Notes: generated from the sequence alone by a model not told the origin. Shown: positions 9,118-19,668, numbered from the stretch's first letter. The stretch is 64,000 nucleotides of DNA from an uncultured Candidatus Saccharibacteria bacterium (GCA_964644035.1 CAZXUH010000001.1:195712-259711), one strand, 5' to 3'. Translations and numbers: made by a program.

Positions 9118-9948
9118 ATGATCATTGCTATCGATATCGGCGGTACCAATACTCGCATAGCACTTATTGGAGATGATAGAAAGATTGTTCAGAAAATTTC
9201 TTTTCCAACAAAATCAGACATTGAGGAAGAAGCAGCAACTATTGCTCAAAGATTGGCAAAAATCCCTCACAAAGAAGTGACACGTGCTGTGGCAGGCGTG
9301 CCGGGTGTTGTTTCCGAAGAAGGCGTAGTAATTTCTTCGCCAAATCTTGTCACATGGGAGCAATACAATATTAAACATATATTATCTGAGAAGCTTGATC
9401 TAGAAGTATTGATAGTAAATGATGCAGAACTGGCAGCTATCGGCGAAGCCGCTTATGGAGCAGGCAAGGATTATCATGTAGTAGCTTTTCTGACGATCAG
9501 TACAGGCATAGGCGGTGCTCGTATAGTAGGTAAGTCATTTGATACTGGTCTATCGGTTTTCGAGCCAGGCAGACAGATTATCGATATTAAAAAGCAGCTT
9601 AGTCTGCAAGATATAGCTTCAGGTGCTGCAGTGCGAAGAGAAACAGGCAAAGCGCCTCGTGAAGTGACCAATAAGCTCTTCTGGAAGCGCAAGGCCGAGG
9701 CTTTGGCAGTAGGGGTCTGGAATAGTATTGTTCATTGGTCACCGCAGATCATCGTCTTTGGTGGACCTATGATATTGCGAAAGCCGGGAATCGATATCGA
9801 TGAAGTAGAAGAAATATTAAGAGAAATTTCCAACGACACTTTACCACTTCCAACACTTGCTCTGTCTGCTCTTGGAGATGATGCAGCCCTCTATGGTGCT
9901 TTGGCCTACGATGAATTACTTCTTTCTCACGATGACTCCCTCGTTTGA
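9118..9948 (+). CDS. ROK-family sugar kinase (glucokinase-like)
   Basis: IIAIDIGGTNTRIALI ATPase phosphate-1 motif and ROK-type body. Confidence 0.8.
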   Translation: MIIAIDIGGTNTRIALIGDDRKIVQKISFPTKSDIEEEAATIAQRLAKIPHKEVTRAVAGVPGVVSEEGVVISSPNLVTWEQYNIKHILSEKLDLEVLIVNDAELAAIGEAAYGAGKDYHVVAFLTISTGIGGARIVGKSFDTGLSVFEPGRQIIDIKKQLSLQDIASGAAVRRETGKAPREVTNKLFWKRKAEALAVGVWNSIVHWSPQIIVFGGPMILRKPGIDIDEVEEILREISNDTLPLPTLALSALGDDAALYGALAYDELLLSHDDSLV

Positions 9949-11511
9949 GGCTAGTACTAATTCTTTTTCTATGCTTTGTAGCTGAGTTTGAGGATTTGTT
10001 GAAAGAATAATCTCAAACGAACCTTCGGGTAGTACAATACTGCGACTCTCGTTTTTAAAATTAAGGTATACAAATACTTTTTCTTTTTCATACGATCGCT
10101 CAAAAGCAAATACATGATGTGATGTAACATCAAAAGAGGTATACGTACCGTATTGAAGGGCTGGCTCAGACTTACTGAGTGCAATAAGTTTTTTATATAG
10201 ATTGAGTAATGAAGAAGGGTCTTTGGTCTCCGTTGCGACATTGTATGTCGATTTTGATTCATTAACAGGTAACCATGGTTCATTGTTAGAGAAACCTGCA
10301 TATGTTGAATTGTCCCACTGCATGGGAGTGCGTGATTGATCGCGAGTCGAATCTTTTTTATCACGAGAGAAATTGTCTTGTATCTTATCTTCTGGAATAA
10401 CCGTATCTTCCATGCCGATTTCTTCGCCATAATAGACAAATTTGCTTCCAGGAAGGGTAAGGAGGAGCATGGCTGCCAAGGGTGTGTGCTCGCGACCTAT
10501 CCTTGAAGCAAGACGGGAAACGTCGTGATTGCCCAATACATAAGGCCTTACATCCTCAGGATTGAGTGCTTTTTCATAGACATCTACTTCAGCGCGATAT
10601 GCTTGGGCTTTCCATGGCAATTTGAGAAGATTGAAATTGAATGGAGCATGATTGTGATGTGGGCATGCTCGGTAAAATTCGAGCAAACCAGCAGCAGGCA
10701 AGTATGCTTCACTAACAAGGAATATGTCTTTGTGAGCAAAAGCTATTTCAGAAAACATAATAATCACTTCTTTGAGTTCTGGTTGGTTCTGACTGTAGAT
10801 ATGTGCCATGCTGTCGTAGACCGTTTGGTCATGAGTGCGTTTTGCAAAAGGTACAAATGGCTCATCTCTAAACTGTATGTCTTCAACCATGTGACTAATG
10901 GCATCGATACGAAAACCATCGACTCCCTGAGCGATCCAAAATTCCATAACATCCTTCATAGCCTTTTTTACTTCTGCATTGCGCCAGTTGAGATCTGGTT
11001 GATCTGGTAAAAACTGGTGAAGATAGTATTGCCCCGACTTTTCGTCGTATGTCCATGCAGGACCACCTGAGACCGAAAGCCAGTTATTAGGCAAGCCGCC
11101 ATTGACTCCAGGGTCGCGCCAGACATACCAGTCACGTTTTGGATTGTCTTTAGAACTCTTTGATTCTACAAACCATGGATGTTCAGAAGAAGTGTGGTTG
11201 GTGACGAGGTCTATGAGTACTTTGATATCTCGAGCGTGAGCTTCTTTAAACAGATTTTTAATTATCTCCAATGAACCAAAGCGGGGATCAACGTTTTTAT
11301 AGTCAGAAATATCATACCCGAAGTCTTTCATGGGCGAAGTAAAAAACGGTGTCAGCCAGATTGCATCGACACCAAGCCATTTGAGATAGTCGAGCTTCGA
11401 AATGACTCCACTTAGATCACCCATACCATCGCCATCGCTATCCTTGAAACTTAGAGGATATATCTCATAGATGACAGCATGATCGTACCAGGGACGGGTA
11501 TCATTTTTCAT
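9916..11511 (-). CDS. GH13 alpha-glucosidase / oligo-1,6-glucosidase family
   Basis: YEIYPLSFKDSDGDGMGDLSGVISKLDYLKWLGVDAIWLTPFF.. and GH13 catalytic regions. Confidence 0.85.
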   Translation of the reverse strand: MKNDTRPWYDHAVIYEIYPLSFKDSDGDGMGDLSGVISKLDYLKWLGVDAIWLTPFFTSPMKDFGYDISDYKNVDPRFGSLEIIKNLFKEAHARDIKVLIDLVTNHTSSEHPWFVESKSSKDNPKRDWYVWRDPGVNGGLPNNWLSVSGGPAWTYDEKSGQYYLHQFLPDQPDLNWRNAEVKKAMKDVMEFWIAQGVDGFRIDAISHMVEDIQFRDEPFVPFAKRTHDQTVYDSMAHIYSQNQPELKEVIIMFSEIAFAHKDIFLVSEAYLPAAGLLEFYRACPHHNHAPFNFNLLKLPWKAQAYRAEVDVYEKALNPEDVRPYVLGNHDVSRLASRIGREHTPLAAMLLLTLPGSKFVYYGEEIGMEDTVIPEDKIQDNFSRDKKDSTRDQSRTPMQWDNSTYAGFSNNEPWLPVNESKSTYNVATETKDPSSLLNLYKKLIALSKSEPALQYGTYTSFDVTSHHVFAFERSYEKEKVFVYLNFKNESRSIVLPEGSFEIILSTNPQTQLQSIEKELVLASNEGVIVRKK

Positions 11512-12235
11512 TGCTCTCTATTTTATCATGATATTTAAGTCGCAGTTCCTTCATTCGGTCTATATGCTTGGTGAGATTTTCATCTTTAGACAAGTTTTTG
11601 TCATGATTTCGATGAATATGACTTATGAAAGGTTGATAGCTCGGCATATGCTCCGCTATGAGAAATCGTATAAATAGATCTAGGTCTTCAGCCATGCGCA
11701 TAGAAGTATCAAAACCTCCAGCCAATTGCCACAATTCTTTCTTGAAAAATACATTGCTTTGAATGAAGAATTCTCCTTTGAAAATAGATTCAAGCATTGC
11801 CTGAGGAGATTTAAAATGCCATCCATAGTAATCCTGACCCATTTCATAACGCAACTCTTCGTCTGATCGCACAAAATCGCTTATAAACCAAGAAATATCA
11901 GGTTGTTTGCGAGCTACATCGACAAAGTTGTGTAGTGTGCGCTGAAGAACAATATCATCGCTATCAAGCATAAAAATATAATCGCCAGTTGCTTGTTCAA
12001 TAAGGAAATTTCTACCAAAAGACGGGCCTTTATTTTCTTTATTCTTGAAATAGCGAACATTAGCAGGTGCCTTTTCAAATATTGTTTCTGTACCATCGGT
12101 AGATCCATCGTCATAAATCAAATGTTCAAATGTAATATCTGTAAAAGGGGACAGGATACTTTTCTGAACACTTTCTATAGCCTCAGATAGAAATTTTTTC
12201 TGATTGTATGTGCAGGTAATAATTGAGATTTTCAT
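11501..12235 (-). CDS. Family 2 glycosyltransferase
   Basis: MKISIITCTYNQKKFLSEAIESV..YDDGSTDGT; DxD-type GT-A fold. Confidence 0.8.
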   Translation of the reverse strand: MKISIITCTYNQKKFLSEAIESVQKSILSPFTDITFEHLIYDDGSTDGTETIFEKAPANVRYFKNKENKGPSFGRNFLIEQATGDYIFMLDSDDIVLQRTLHNFVDVARKQPDISWFISDFVRSDEELRYEMGQDYYGWHFKSPQAMLESIFKGEFFIQSNVFFKKELWQLAGGFDTSMRMAEDLDLFIRFLIAEHMPSYQPFISHIHRNHDKNLSKDENLTKHIDRMKELRLKYHDKIESNEK

Positions 12236-13329
12236 ATTTTCTTTTCAACAAGAGATTGGTATAGAGCTTCATACTGATCGACCATTTTTTCAACACTAAA
12301 ATGTTCCTCAACCCATGTTCTACATTCTTTTCGATCAATCGCTCCAATATTCTTGATCGCTTCAATCATTTGTTTTTCATTTTTAACAACAAATCCTGTT
12401 TTTCCGTGTTTAATTATTTCCGAAGCAGCACCTCTGTCAAAAGCGATTACTGGTGTTCCGCAGGCTTGTGATTCAACAAGAGTTAGGCCAAACGGTTCGT
12501 CCCATGTGAGTGGAGCAAGTTTGGCAATTGCATTTTTGTACAATTCAACTTTCTGTCTGAAATTCACGGGACCGACATATCTTATTTTTTTACTTAAGTA
12601 TGGTCTGATGTATTCATTGAAAAACTCCTCTTCGCCAAATGTATCACCAGCGAGTATAAGCTCCATCCCAAGTGTGTGGGCAATCTTTACCGCTATATGA
12701 GCCCCTTTTTGTTTGTTTATGTAACCCAGAAATAGTAGGTAATTTTTAGGATTTTCATTAAACTCAAATTTTTTGACAGGTATGCCGTTGTGGATACAAA
12801 TATGTTTTATGAAAGTAGCATCATTTTTTTCAAATCGCTTTTCTTGATCATTACTTACGGCAACATAATTAATTTTTGAATATGCATCAAAAATAAAATG
12901 TGATTTATTTTTTACACCTGAGTCTTGGAGTATCGATTTGAGTGAAGCTTTTGAAAAAGGGTGATGAAGCGTTTGTATTATTGGCTTATCAATAAAAGGT
13001 GTAAAAAGGGGTGCTCCTTGTGTATGACAGTGAATGACATCGAATTCTTCAGCTCGTGCAGCCATGTAACTGGTATTCCAGTACTCCATAATAAGTCCAT
13101 GCAAGTCACTTTGGCCGGACGAAAGAACCTTGTCGGGTATCAGAGAAACAAGCTTTCCTTTTGTTTTTGATTTTTCAGGTGCGAATAGAGTAACTTCATG
13201 TCCTCTGCGAACAAGTTCTTCAGTAATCCATGAAACTACGAATTCTAATCCGTTTTTCGAAGTAGGTGGTACAGGTACCGCAAGCGATACAACCTGAGCT
13301 ATTTTAAGTTTTTTAAGAGGATGGGCCAT
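12232..13329 (-). CDS. Family 4 (GT-B) glycosyltransferase
   Basis: EPFGLTLVESQACGTPVIAFDRGAASEII motif; start set at MAHPLKK (13329) 17 nt inside the stop of the upstream gene rather than the longer ORF. Confidence 0.8.
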   Translation of the reverse strand: MAHPLKKLKIAQVVSLAVPVPPTSKNGLEFVVSWITEELVRRGHEVTLFAPEKSKTKGKLVSLIPDKVLSSGQSDLHGLIMEYWNTSYMAARAEEFDVIHCHTQGAPLFTPFIDKPIIQTLHHPFSKASLKSILQDSGVKNKSHFIFDAYSKINYVAVSNDQEKRFEKNDATFIKHICIHNGIPVKKFEFNENPKNYLLFLGYINKQKGAHIAVKIAHTLGMELILAGDTFGEEEFFNEYIRPYLSKKIRYVGPVNFRQKVELYKNAIAKLAPLTWDEPFGLTLVESQACGTPVIAFDRGAASEIIKHGKTGFVVKNEKQMIEAIKNIGAIDRKECRTWVEEHFSVEKMVDQYEALYQSLVEKKI

Positions 13330-14527
13330 CGGTCTCTTCAATTGTTCGTTTTTCCTTTGAGTAGAGCTGCCAATGTTTTTTCCATACAGTTTCTCTGAGA
13401 GAGTTTGCCTTCTTTTCAGCACGCATATAATCGCGCACTGCAAGTTTGTCCAATGATCGTACTGCAGTAAGTAGCATGGTTGCACCTTTTTCTATCTCAG
13501 TCGGATTCCAAGTCACAGGGGAGAATGGACCAAGTTTTCTCTGGCTAGCCCACCACCATGCGCAAGACGCAAGACCCTTGTCGAGGGCATTACGAGCCAA
13601 GAGATAGTTTTGATCTTTTGTCTTCTTTTCAACTATAGAGAGGGCAATATGAGCCAAATCCCAGAGTTTTTTCTGAATACTGTTCTCAGGATGTTTCCAA
13701 AGAGCAAAATGATTTTTAAGTTTACGTTCTTCCTCGGTCATTTCCCAATTTCCTTCCCATGGCTCAAGAACAACACGCGGCGCATTGTTTTTTTCTAACT
13801 CAGAAAGATATTCAGATACTTTTTGGGTCTGAATATCGGGCATATTGAATATTTTTTGGTAAAAGCCTTTGTCATCCTTGTGCCAATGACCATAGAGTTC
13901 GCCGTCGTGTACGGTAATCAGAATATTGTCTTTAATATCATTGAGATGATCAAGAATGTATTCGGGAGGGAATGTTCTTGAAAAAACTCTATTTCTAAAT
14001 ACAGCTTTGAGACCAACATCTTTTATTTCATAGATCGAAGCTGGTGAAGAATGCGGAACAGCTTTGGTAGAAGGAAAGTGTCCAGCGTCATCGAGAAGTA
14101 CCCACTCAAACCCCATTTTCTTTATGACCTCGGCTACTTCCTTGCTATACGCCATTTCGGGAAGATAAAATCCTTTAGGCATGAAGTCCTGACCAAAATA
14201 CTTTTTAATAATCTCAGTATTAAGTGCGATTTGTCGTTCTATTTCTGCAGCAGGCAAGAGTGGAAGAATAGGATGATACATAGCTGAACCCAAGAGTTCT
14301 ATTTCACCTTGATCGTGTAGTTTCTTGAAACGTTGAATAACAGCATAGTGACCAGAATTTTCCAAAAGCTCGAGAAGTGAACCAGAAATATTGAGCGTCA
14401 TTCTGATATGAGGATATTTTTCAATCAGGCTTGCGATCAGATTGTAGCTTTCATTGGTAACATGCTTCACCACGTCGTGTGATTGGGTGGGAGGCTGATA
14501 CAAATGTAGAGCATTAACCCATTTCAT
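13313..14527 (-). CDS. GH57-family glycoside hydrolase (alpha-glucan branching/amylase-like)
   Basis: N-terminal WVNALHLYQPP (GH57 H-Q-P block) and alpha/beta barrel-like body; sits in glycogen cluster. Confidence 0.7.
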   Translation of the reverse strand: MKWVNALHLYQPPTQSHDVVKHVTNESYNLIASLIEKYPHIRMTLNISGSLLELLENSGHYAVIQRFKKLHDQGEIELLGSAMYHPILPLLPAAEIERQIALNTEIIKKYFGQDFMPKGFYLPEMAYSKEVAEVIKKMGFEWVLLDDAGHFPSTKAVPHSSPASIYEIKDVGLKAVFRNRVFSRTFPPEYILDHLNDIKDNILITVHDGELYGHWHKDDKGFYQKIFNMPDIQTQKVSEYLSELEKNNAPRVVLEPWEGNWEMTEEERKLKNHFALWKHPENSIQKKLWDLAHIALSIVEKKTKDQNYLLARNALDKGLASCAWWWASQRKLGPFSPVTWNPTEIEKGATMLLTAVRSLDKLAVRDYMRAEKKANSLRETVWKKHWQLYSKEKRTIEETDGPSS

Positions 14528-14528
14528 A

Positions 14529-16019
14529 TTATATTTCGGCCAAAGCCTTAAACTTTTTCTTAAGCTTCATGGTCGTGCGGTAGAGATCGATATATTTTTC
14601 AGCAGGAAGCAACCAAGAGTTGGCTTGCTGAAGATCTGAAACGATCAATCCTTTCCAAATACGCTTATGTTTGTATGTTTCAAGTGCTCGACTAATTGCT
14701 ACAAGTAAATGCCTCGATGTATATCTACTGAAAGCAAAACCATTGCCTTCTTTGTGTTCAGGACTGTAGTCGATAATAGTATCAGCCAAACCGCCAATAT
14801 GATGCACGATTGGTACGCAACCATAGCGCATAGCAATGAGCTGGTTGATACCACACGGTTCAAATCGTGAAGGAAGAAGGAACATATCTGAACCAGCATA
14901 CAAAGATGTTTCAAGATTACGATCAAAAGGCACCATAGTGAACTGTTTTGGATATGTTTTACCAACATTTCTGAGATAGGTAGCTATTTCATCATCACCA
15001 TCACCCATAATGATCATTTGAGTATTGAGGTGCATGAGAGTGTTGAGAATAGGAATGAGCATTTTGAACCCTTTCTGTTCGACGACACGGGACGTCATAC
15101 ATATAAGAGGTATGTTTTCATCTATAGTCAGACCGTAATGTCTCTGCAGCCATTTTTTATTGAATTTCTTCCTCGTAACTGATTTGTCGCTATAGTGTTT
15201 TTTCAAACCTGGGTCGGTCATAGGGTTGAATTCTGCATAATCAATACCGTTGACGATGCCAAAGAATATTTTTTCTCTGTTTTTAAGAATTCGGTGCAAT
15301 TCCTGACCAAAGTCGATCGTCATAATTTCTTTTCGATAGGTTTCAGAGACGGCATTGATAGCGTCGGCGTTTAAGATGGCTCTTTTGGCAAAATTGATAC
15401 GTTCTAGTGCCTCACTATCGGTAAAAGCAGGCAATGTCGTGCGACCATTATCTCTCAAATCATTTGGTACCTCCCACCAATTGTGTCCAAGCTGATATGA
15501 AAGATTGTGAATGGTAAAAAGAGTCGCCGTTGCTTCCCAAAAAGGATCTTTTTTATACCTACCTTTTAAAAAGTATGGAATCAGTCCACTATGCCAATCG
15601 TGACAGTTGATGACGTCTGGCTGGACGTTGATTATTTTGAGCAATTGCAAGGCGGCGACATCAAAAAGAAAAAAACGAGCGTTTTCATTTTGCTCACCGT
15701 AGAGGTGATCGATATCACCAAAAAATTGCTTGTGACCAACAAGATAAATCGTTGGTGCTGATCCTGTATTGAGACGATAATAACTCACTGTTTCGTAGAC
15801 ACCAGCACTGAGCTCTATTGGTACGTTTTCAGCGACGACTTCGATAGGGTGCGACTGAGTATTGAGGATTTTCTCGTAGTATGGCGTAATAACAAGGACA
15901 TTGTGTCCAAGGTTGGCGTGAGCCCTAGGGAGGGCACCAATAACATTGGCTAGACCTCCGCTTTTTGAAAATGGCTCGATTTCCGAGGCCACGTGCACGA
16001 TAGTGAGGGCTTTTTGCAT
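14529..16019 (-). CDS. glgA: Glycogen/starch synthase (GT5)
   Basis: ALTIVHVASEIEPFSKSGGLANVIGALP N-terminal motif and C-terminal GT-B domain. Confidence 0.9.
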   Translation of the reverse strand: MQKALTIVHVASEIEPFSKSGGLANVIGALPRAHANLGHNVLVITPYYEKILNTQSHPIEVVAENVPIELSAGVYETVSYYRLNTGSAPTIYLVGHKQFFGDIDHLYGEQNENARFFLFDVAALQLLKIINVQPDVINCHDWHSGLIPYFLKGRYKKDPFWEATATLFTIHNLSYQLGHNWWEVPNDLRDNGRTTLPAFTDSEALERINFAKRAILNADAINAVSETYRKEIMTIDFGQELHRILKNREKIFFGIVNGIDYAEFNPMTDPGLKKHYSDKSVTRKKFNKKWLQRHYGLTIDENIPLICMTSRVVEQKGFKMLIPILNTLMHLNTQMIIMGDGDDEIATYLRNVGKTYPKQFTMVPFDRNLETSLYAGSDMFLLPSRFEPCGINQLIAMRYGCVPIVHHIGGLADTIIDYSPEHKEGNGFAFSRYTSRHLLVAISRALETYKHKRIWKGLIVSDLQQANSWLLPAEKYIDLYRTTMKLKKKFKALAEI

Positions 16020-16090
16020 GCGTGAGTCAAATTATTGCATAAAACGGCCTCTTTGTCATTTTATTTTGCACCACTCGGTGTGTTAGAATT

Positions 16091-16330
16091 ATGGGTATGT
16101 TTAAAAATGTACAAGGTTTTTTGATCAAGAAAATGCTTCGTTCGAAGCTCAAAGATGTGCCGCCAGAAACGCAAGATAAAATGATTGCAGCTATTCAGAC
16201 TAACCCAGAACTTTTTCAGAAGATTGCTGCTGAGATTGAGCAGCAGACCAAGTCGGGCAAGGATCAAATGGCTGCTGCAATGGAAGTGATGCAGAAATAT
16301 CAATCCGAACTTCAAACTGCTCTCAAATAA
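16091..16330 (+). CDS. Small helical protein of unknown function, translationally coupled to downstream gene
   Basis: Stop TAA immediately followed by ATG of next ORF. Confidence 0.4.
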   Translation: MGMFKNVQGFLIKKMLRSKLKDVPPETQDKMIAAIQTNPELFQKIAAEIEQQTKSGKDQMAAAMEVMQKYQSELQTALK

Positions 16331-16906
16331 ATGAAAAAGATTTTTCTTCTGCTCGGACATGAAAACAAAGAGACGCTTTCGGGTGTACTCACAAGCGAAT
16401 ACGAACGCGGTGCCAAGGAATCTGGTCATGAGGTGCGGCGTATGAATATTGGTGACTTGAAATTTGATCCTTTTTTACACAAAGGCTATCACGTCATACA
16501 AGAACTCGAACCTGACCTCAAACAATTCGAAGAAAATGTCCGTTGGGCTGATCATATCGTGATTGTTCACCCTGTCTGGTTCTCAATGGTACCTGCGCTT
16601 CTCAAAGGTCTCTTCGATCGAGTGTGGTTGCCTGCTTTTGCATATCATTATTATAAAAATGGCATGGGTTGGAAGAAATTATTGAAGGGTAGAAGTGCAC
16701 GATTGATTATGCTTCAAAATTCTCCATCGATAGTCAGCTGGATGCTGTTTGGTGACAACTCATCATTCCTAAGAAAGGCAATATTGCGCTTCGCGGGTAT
16801 CTCGCCAGTGTATGTCACACGTCTTACTCGTTCTGAAAAAATGAATGACAATAAAGTGAATCGTTGGAAAAATAAAATCTACAAGTTTGGCAAAAAGGGT
16901 AAGTAG
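16331..16906 (+). CDS. Flavodoxin-like fold NAD(P)H-dependent oxidoreductase (FMN reductase/azoreductase family)
   Basis: MKKIFLLLGHENKETLSGVL..ADHIVIVHPVWFSMVPALLKGLFDRV. Confidence 0.7.
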   Translation: MKKIFLLLGHENKETLSGVLTSEYERGAKESGHEVRRMNIGDLKFDPFLHKGYHVIQELEPDLKQFEENVRWADHIVIVHPVWFSMVPALLKGLFDRVWLPAFAYHYYKNGMGWKKLLKGRSARLIMLQNSPSIVSWMLFGDNSSFLRKAILRFAGISPVYVTRLTRSEKMNDNKVNRWKNKIYKFGKKGK

Positions 16907-16993
16907 TTTACAAATTCTATTTTTAATGTTATAAATTGGTCAGAGAGGGAAACATCGTGTTTCACTCCGTTTCTTGTATTCAGGAGGTAGTAT

Positions 16994-17293
16994 ATGAAAA
17001 GTACACCCCCCTCATCGGAAGCGGAGTACGTCGAGATCCTGAGAGATTTCGTGTTCCGCTACACCCGTATCCATTTCAAGGTTGCTGAGTTGTATGGAAA
17101 CAACTATCGCGGTCTGGAGAATTGGGATAAGGCAGATGTTGAACGCAGAGCCGAAGAGCTGGAAGCCTTGGCCAAATTCAGGAAGAAGCTCAAAATAGAC
17201 GATGCAAAAAATAAGTTATTCAATAACATCCTCTGGCAGGAGGTTATGGCAACACTTGAAGCAGAGAAGAAGAAATTAGAAGGCGGTGCATGA
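16994..17293 (+). CDS. Small protein of unknown function
   Basis: Perfect SD AGGAGG 7 nt upstream; charged/helical C-terminal half; own terminator. Confidence 0.45.
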   Translation: MKSTPPSSEAEYVEILRDFVFRYTRIHFKVAELYGNNYRGLENWDKADVERRAEELEALAKFRKKLKIDDAKNKLFNNILWQEVMATLEAEKKKLEGGA

Positions 17294-17310
17294 TGCACGC
17301 CTTTTTTTAT
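17282..17310 (+). terminator. Rho-independent terminator
   Basis: GGCGGTGCAT/ATGCACGCC hairpin plus T7. Confidence 0.5.
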
Positions 17311-17348
17311 TTGTAAAAAACGCTTTCGTACGATAGCATTCGAACACA

Positions 17349-18473
17349 ATGGCATTATCAATCGGCATCGTCGGTCTTCCAAACGTCGGTAAATCGACCC
17401 TTTTCAACGCTCTTACAAAAAAGAGTGTCCTTGCTGCCAACTATCCTTTTGCAACTATTGATCCTTCTGTTGGAGTAGTCGCTGTCCCCGACGATCGGTT
17501 GTGGAAGCTCTCTTCATTTTCAAAATCAGTAAAAACTGTCCCTGCTGCAGTAGAATTTGTCGATATTGCAGGTTTGGTCAAAGGTGCATCAGAAGGCGAA
17601 GGTTTGGGCAATCAATTTTTGCAAAACATCAGAGAAACAGACGCAATTGCTGAGGTGGTGCGTATTTTTGAAGATGACAATATCATTCATGTCGACAATA
17701 AGATCGACCCCCTCAAAGATATTGAGGTGATCAATCTCGAACTCATTCTTGCTGATATGCAGACGATTACCAAGCGTATCAATAACATTCAAAAGGAAGT
17801 AAAGCAGGCTAAAAAAGAGGCTATTATCGAAGAAGCAGGATTAAAGAAAATACAGGTGGCGCTTGAAGCTGGACAACTTGCTCGAACAGCAGCACTCACA
17901 GAATTTGAAATTCCTTTTATAAAGAATATGCATTTGCTGACCATGAAGCCTATTTTGTATGTGCTCAATAAAAAGGGTGGTGGTAAAAATCTAGATGAAA
18001 TAAATGATGAACGATACAAAAAACTGATTGAATTTATAAAACAATCAGGTGCTGGCTATGTAGTAGTCGATGCTCGCATTGAGGAAGAACTCAAAGATTT
18101 CGAAGGGGTAGAAAAAAATGAATTTAGAAAAGAGTTAATGGGAGGGGACTTGTCCGACGAAGCCTTGGCGAAGTCGGATGGGGTAGATCATCTGATCAAA
18201 GCAGGATACGACCTGCTTGGTCTTATAACCTATTTCACAACTGGAGAAGACGAATCACGTGCATGGACTATTAGAAAAGGTTGGACAGCGCCATTGGCTG
18301 GAACAGCGATACATACTGATTTCAAAGATAAATTTGTCAGGGCTGAAGTAGTAGAGTGGGACAAACTTCTCGAAGCTGGTTCATATGGCAATGCTCGGGA
18401 AAAAGGTCTCGTTCGTACTGAAGGCAAGGAGTATATCGTCAAAGACGGCGACGTAATTGAATTTAAAATTTAG
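17349..18473 (+). CDS. ychF: Ribosome-binding ATPase YchF (Obg-like ATPase)
   Basis: MALSIGIVGLPNVGKSTLFNALT.. G1 motif, TGS C-terminal domain. Confidence 0.9.
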   Translation: MALSIGIVGLPNVGKSTLFNALTKKSVLAANYPFATIDPSVGVVAVPDDRLWKLSSFSKSVKTVPAAVEFVDIAGLVKGASEGEGLGNQFLQNIRETDAIAEVVRIFEDDNIIHVDNKIDPLKDIEVINLELILADMQTITKRINNIQKEVKQAKKEAIIEEAGLKKIQVALEAGQLARTAALTEFEIPFIKNMHLLTMKPILYVLNKKGGGKNLDEINDERYKKLIEFIKQSGAGYVVVDARIEEELKDFEGVEKNEFRKELMGGDLSDEALAKSDGVDHLIKAGYDLLGLITYFTTGEDESRAWTIRKGWTAPLAGTAIHTDFKDKFVRAEVVEWDKLLEAGSYGNAREKGLVRTEGKEYIVKDGDVIEFKI

Positions 18474-18633
18474 ATATAAAAAATCCTCCAGAGGTAGACC
18501 TCACGGAGGGGTTGAACGTAGAAGTTCCACGTTGTAGTTGACTGTTGAGGTCACTGTTGGCGTTGAACGTCGCAGTTCGAAGTTGTTGTGGGCACCGAAC
18601 TCATGTCCAGGCTCGAATACTATAACAAGAGCA

Positions 18634-18700
18634 TCAGAATCTGTCAAGTAACGAAGATGGTGGTGCGATAGAGTAGAGAATCTAGGCAGAAAAAAAGCCG
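18634..18700 (+). repeat. A-repeat copy 1 (~65 nt; core GGTGGTGCGATAGAGT followed by A-run and GCC)
   Basis: ~80% identical to copy 2 at 18833-18899; core shared with copy 3 at 20186-20217. Confidence 0.5.
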
Positions 18701-18832
18701 CAATATCCTGTAAACAAGACATCCGGCTGAGGGATTGGCCGCTGAGGCCCGAAGCAGATCTTACCTGAGTGAGCCGCTAAAGGCTGACTAGATACTATAC
18801 CTGTTGCAACTGAAAATATCATAGCAAACTAA

Positions 18833-18899
18833 CCAAAATCTGTCAAATTACAAGATGGTAGTGCTATAGAGTTTGAGATTTAGGTAAGAAAAAAGCCCG
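18833..18899 (+). repeat. A-repeat copy 2 (core GGTAGTGCTATAGAGT)
   Basis: Direct repeat of 18634-18700, about 200 nt upstream of gene 19108. Confidence 0.5.
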
Positions 18900-19107
18900 T
18901 TGGTCTGCGAAACAGCAGTGAACCAACGGGCGTCGCCGAAAAATGAACATTAACCCAAGCACATGGCGAGGGTGATAACAGTGTAGCACGTATATACTTT
19001 ATGTCAAATACTTTGTTGACATGCTATCCTTAGAGTGTTATTTTGCTGCCTAGATACCAGTATTGTACTGGCAGCTAATTCTCAAACACACATGAAAGGA
19101 TTGTTTT

Positions 19108-19668
19108 ATGGATTTGCGAGAATTTTGGAACCTCGTTGAGAAGTACCCTTGGCTGGTGCGTGCGGTTATCATCGGATCAAGTTGGGGGAAAATCGATGAG
19201 GAGTACAGAACTCAGCCCTCTCTGTTTGGTGACTGGTTCAAACCAAGTGCCATCAGAAGCGGCGTAAAACAAATTCGTTTCAGGCAATGGAATAAACTGG
19301 ATTTGCATGCTTTACCATCCACACGTGAACGTCGGGTAGAAAATGCAGGTCGTATTGTAGATACAACCACTTCGGTTGAATATCATTGCTACTCTCATGG
19401 ATTTGACATGGGTCAATTTAGCGACTGTACATATAGCATGGCCGGCGGCGGACAAGCAAAAAGGGATGGTGTTGGGGAGTGGACAGTCCAGAACATGATT
19501 GATTTCGTTCATGAAAATGGAGGGCTTGTTGATGCAATCATCAAAGAAACAACCCAGCATGTGCAACGGTTCAAGACCACCAACGGCATAGAAAAGGCGA
19601 AATCAATGGGGGAACGGACAGTTAAGTCATTCGACATCTTTCTTTCTCCCGACACAAATTCTACTTAA
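19108..19668 (+). CDS. Unknown cytoplasmic protein (186 aa), first gene of a two-gene unit
   Basis: Long ORF, SD GAAAGGA; no recognisable motif. Confidence 0.5.
   Translation: MDLREFWNLVEKYPWLVRAVIIGSSWGKIDEEYRTQPSLFGDWFKPSAIRSGVKQIRFRQWNKLDLHALPSTRERRVENAGRIVDTTTSVEYHCYSHGFDMGQFSDCTYSMAGGGQAKRDGVGEWTVQNMIDFVHENGGLVDAIIKETTQHVQRFKTTNGIEKAKSMGERTVKSFDIFLSPDTNST

Noticed and set aside
18501-18722. 73-aa minus-strand ORF in the post-ychF non-coding stretch
   Set aside because: No RBS, and it is antisense to hairpin and repeat structures. Judged spurious.
18634-18899. Possible mini CRISPR array (two ~65-nt direct repeats flanking a ~130-nt unique segment)
   Set aside because: The repeats are only about 80% identical and far longer than CRISPR repeats. 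There are only two or three copies, no cas genes, and a third copy sits in a promoter-like position. Better explained as a regulatory or duplicated module.
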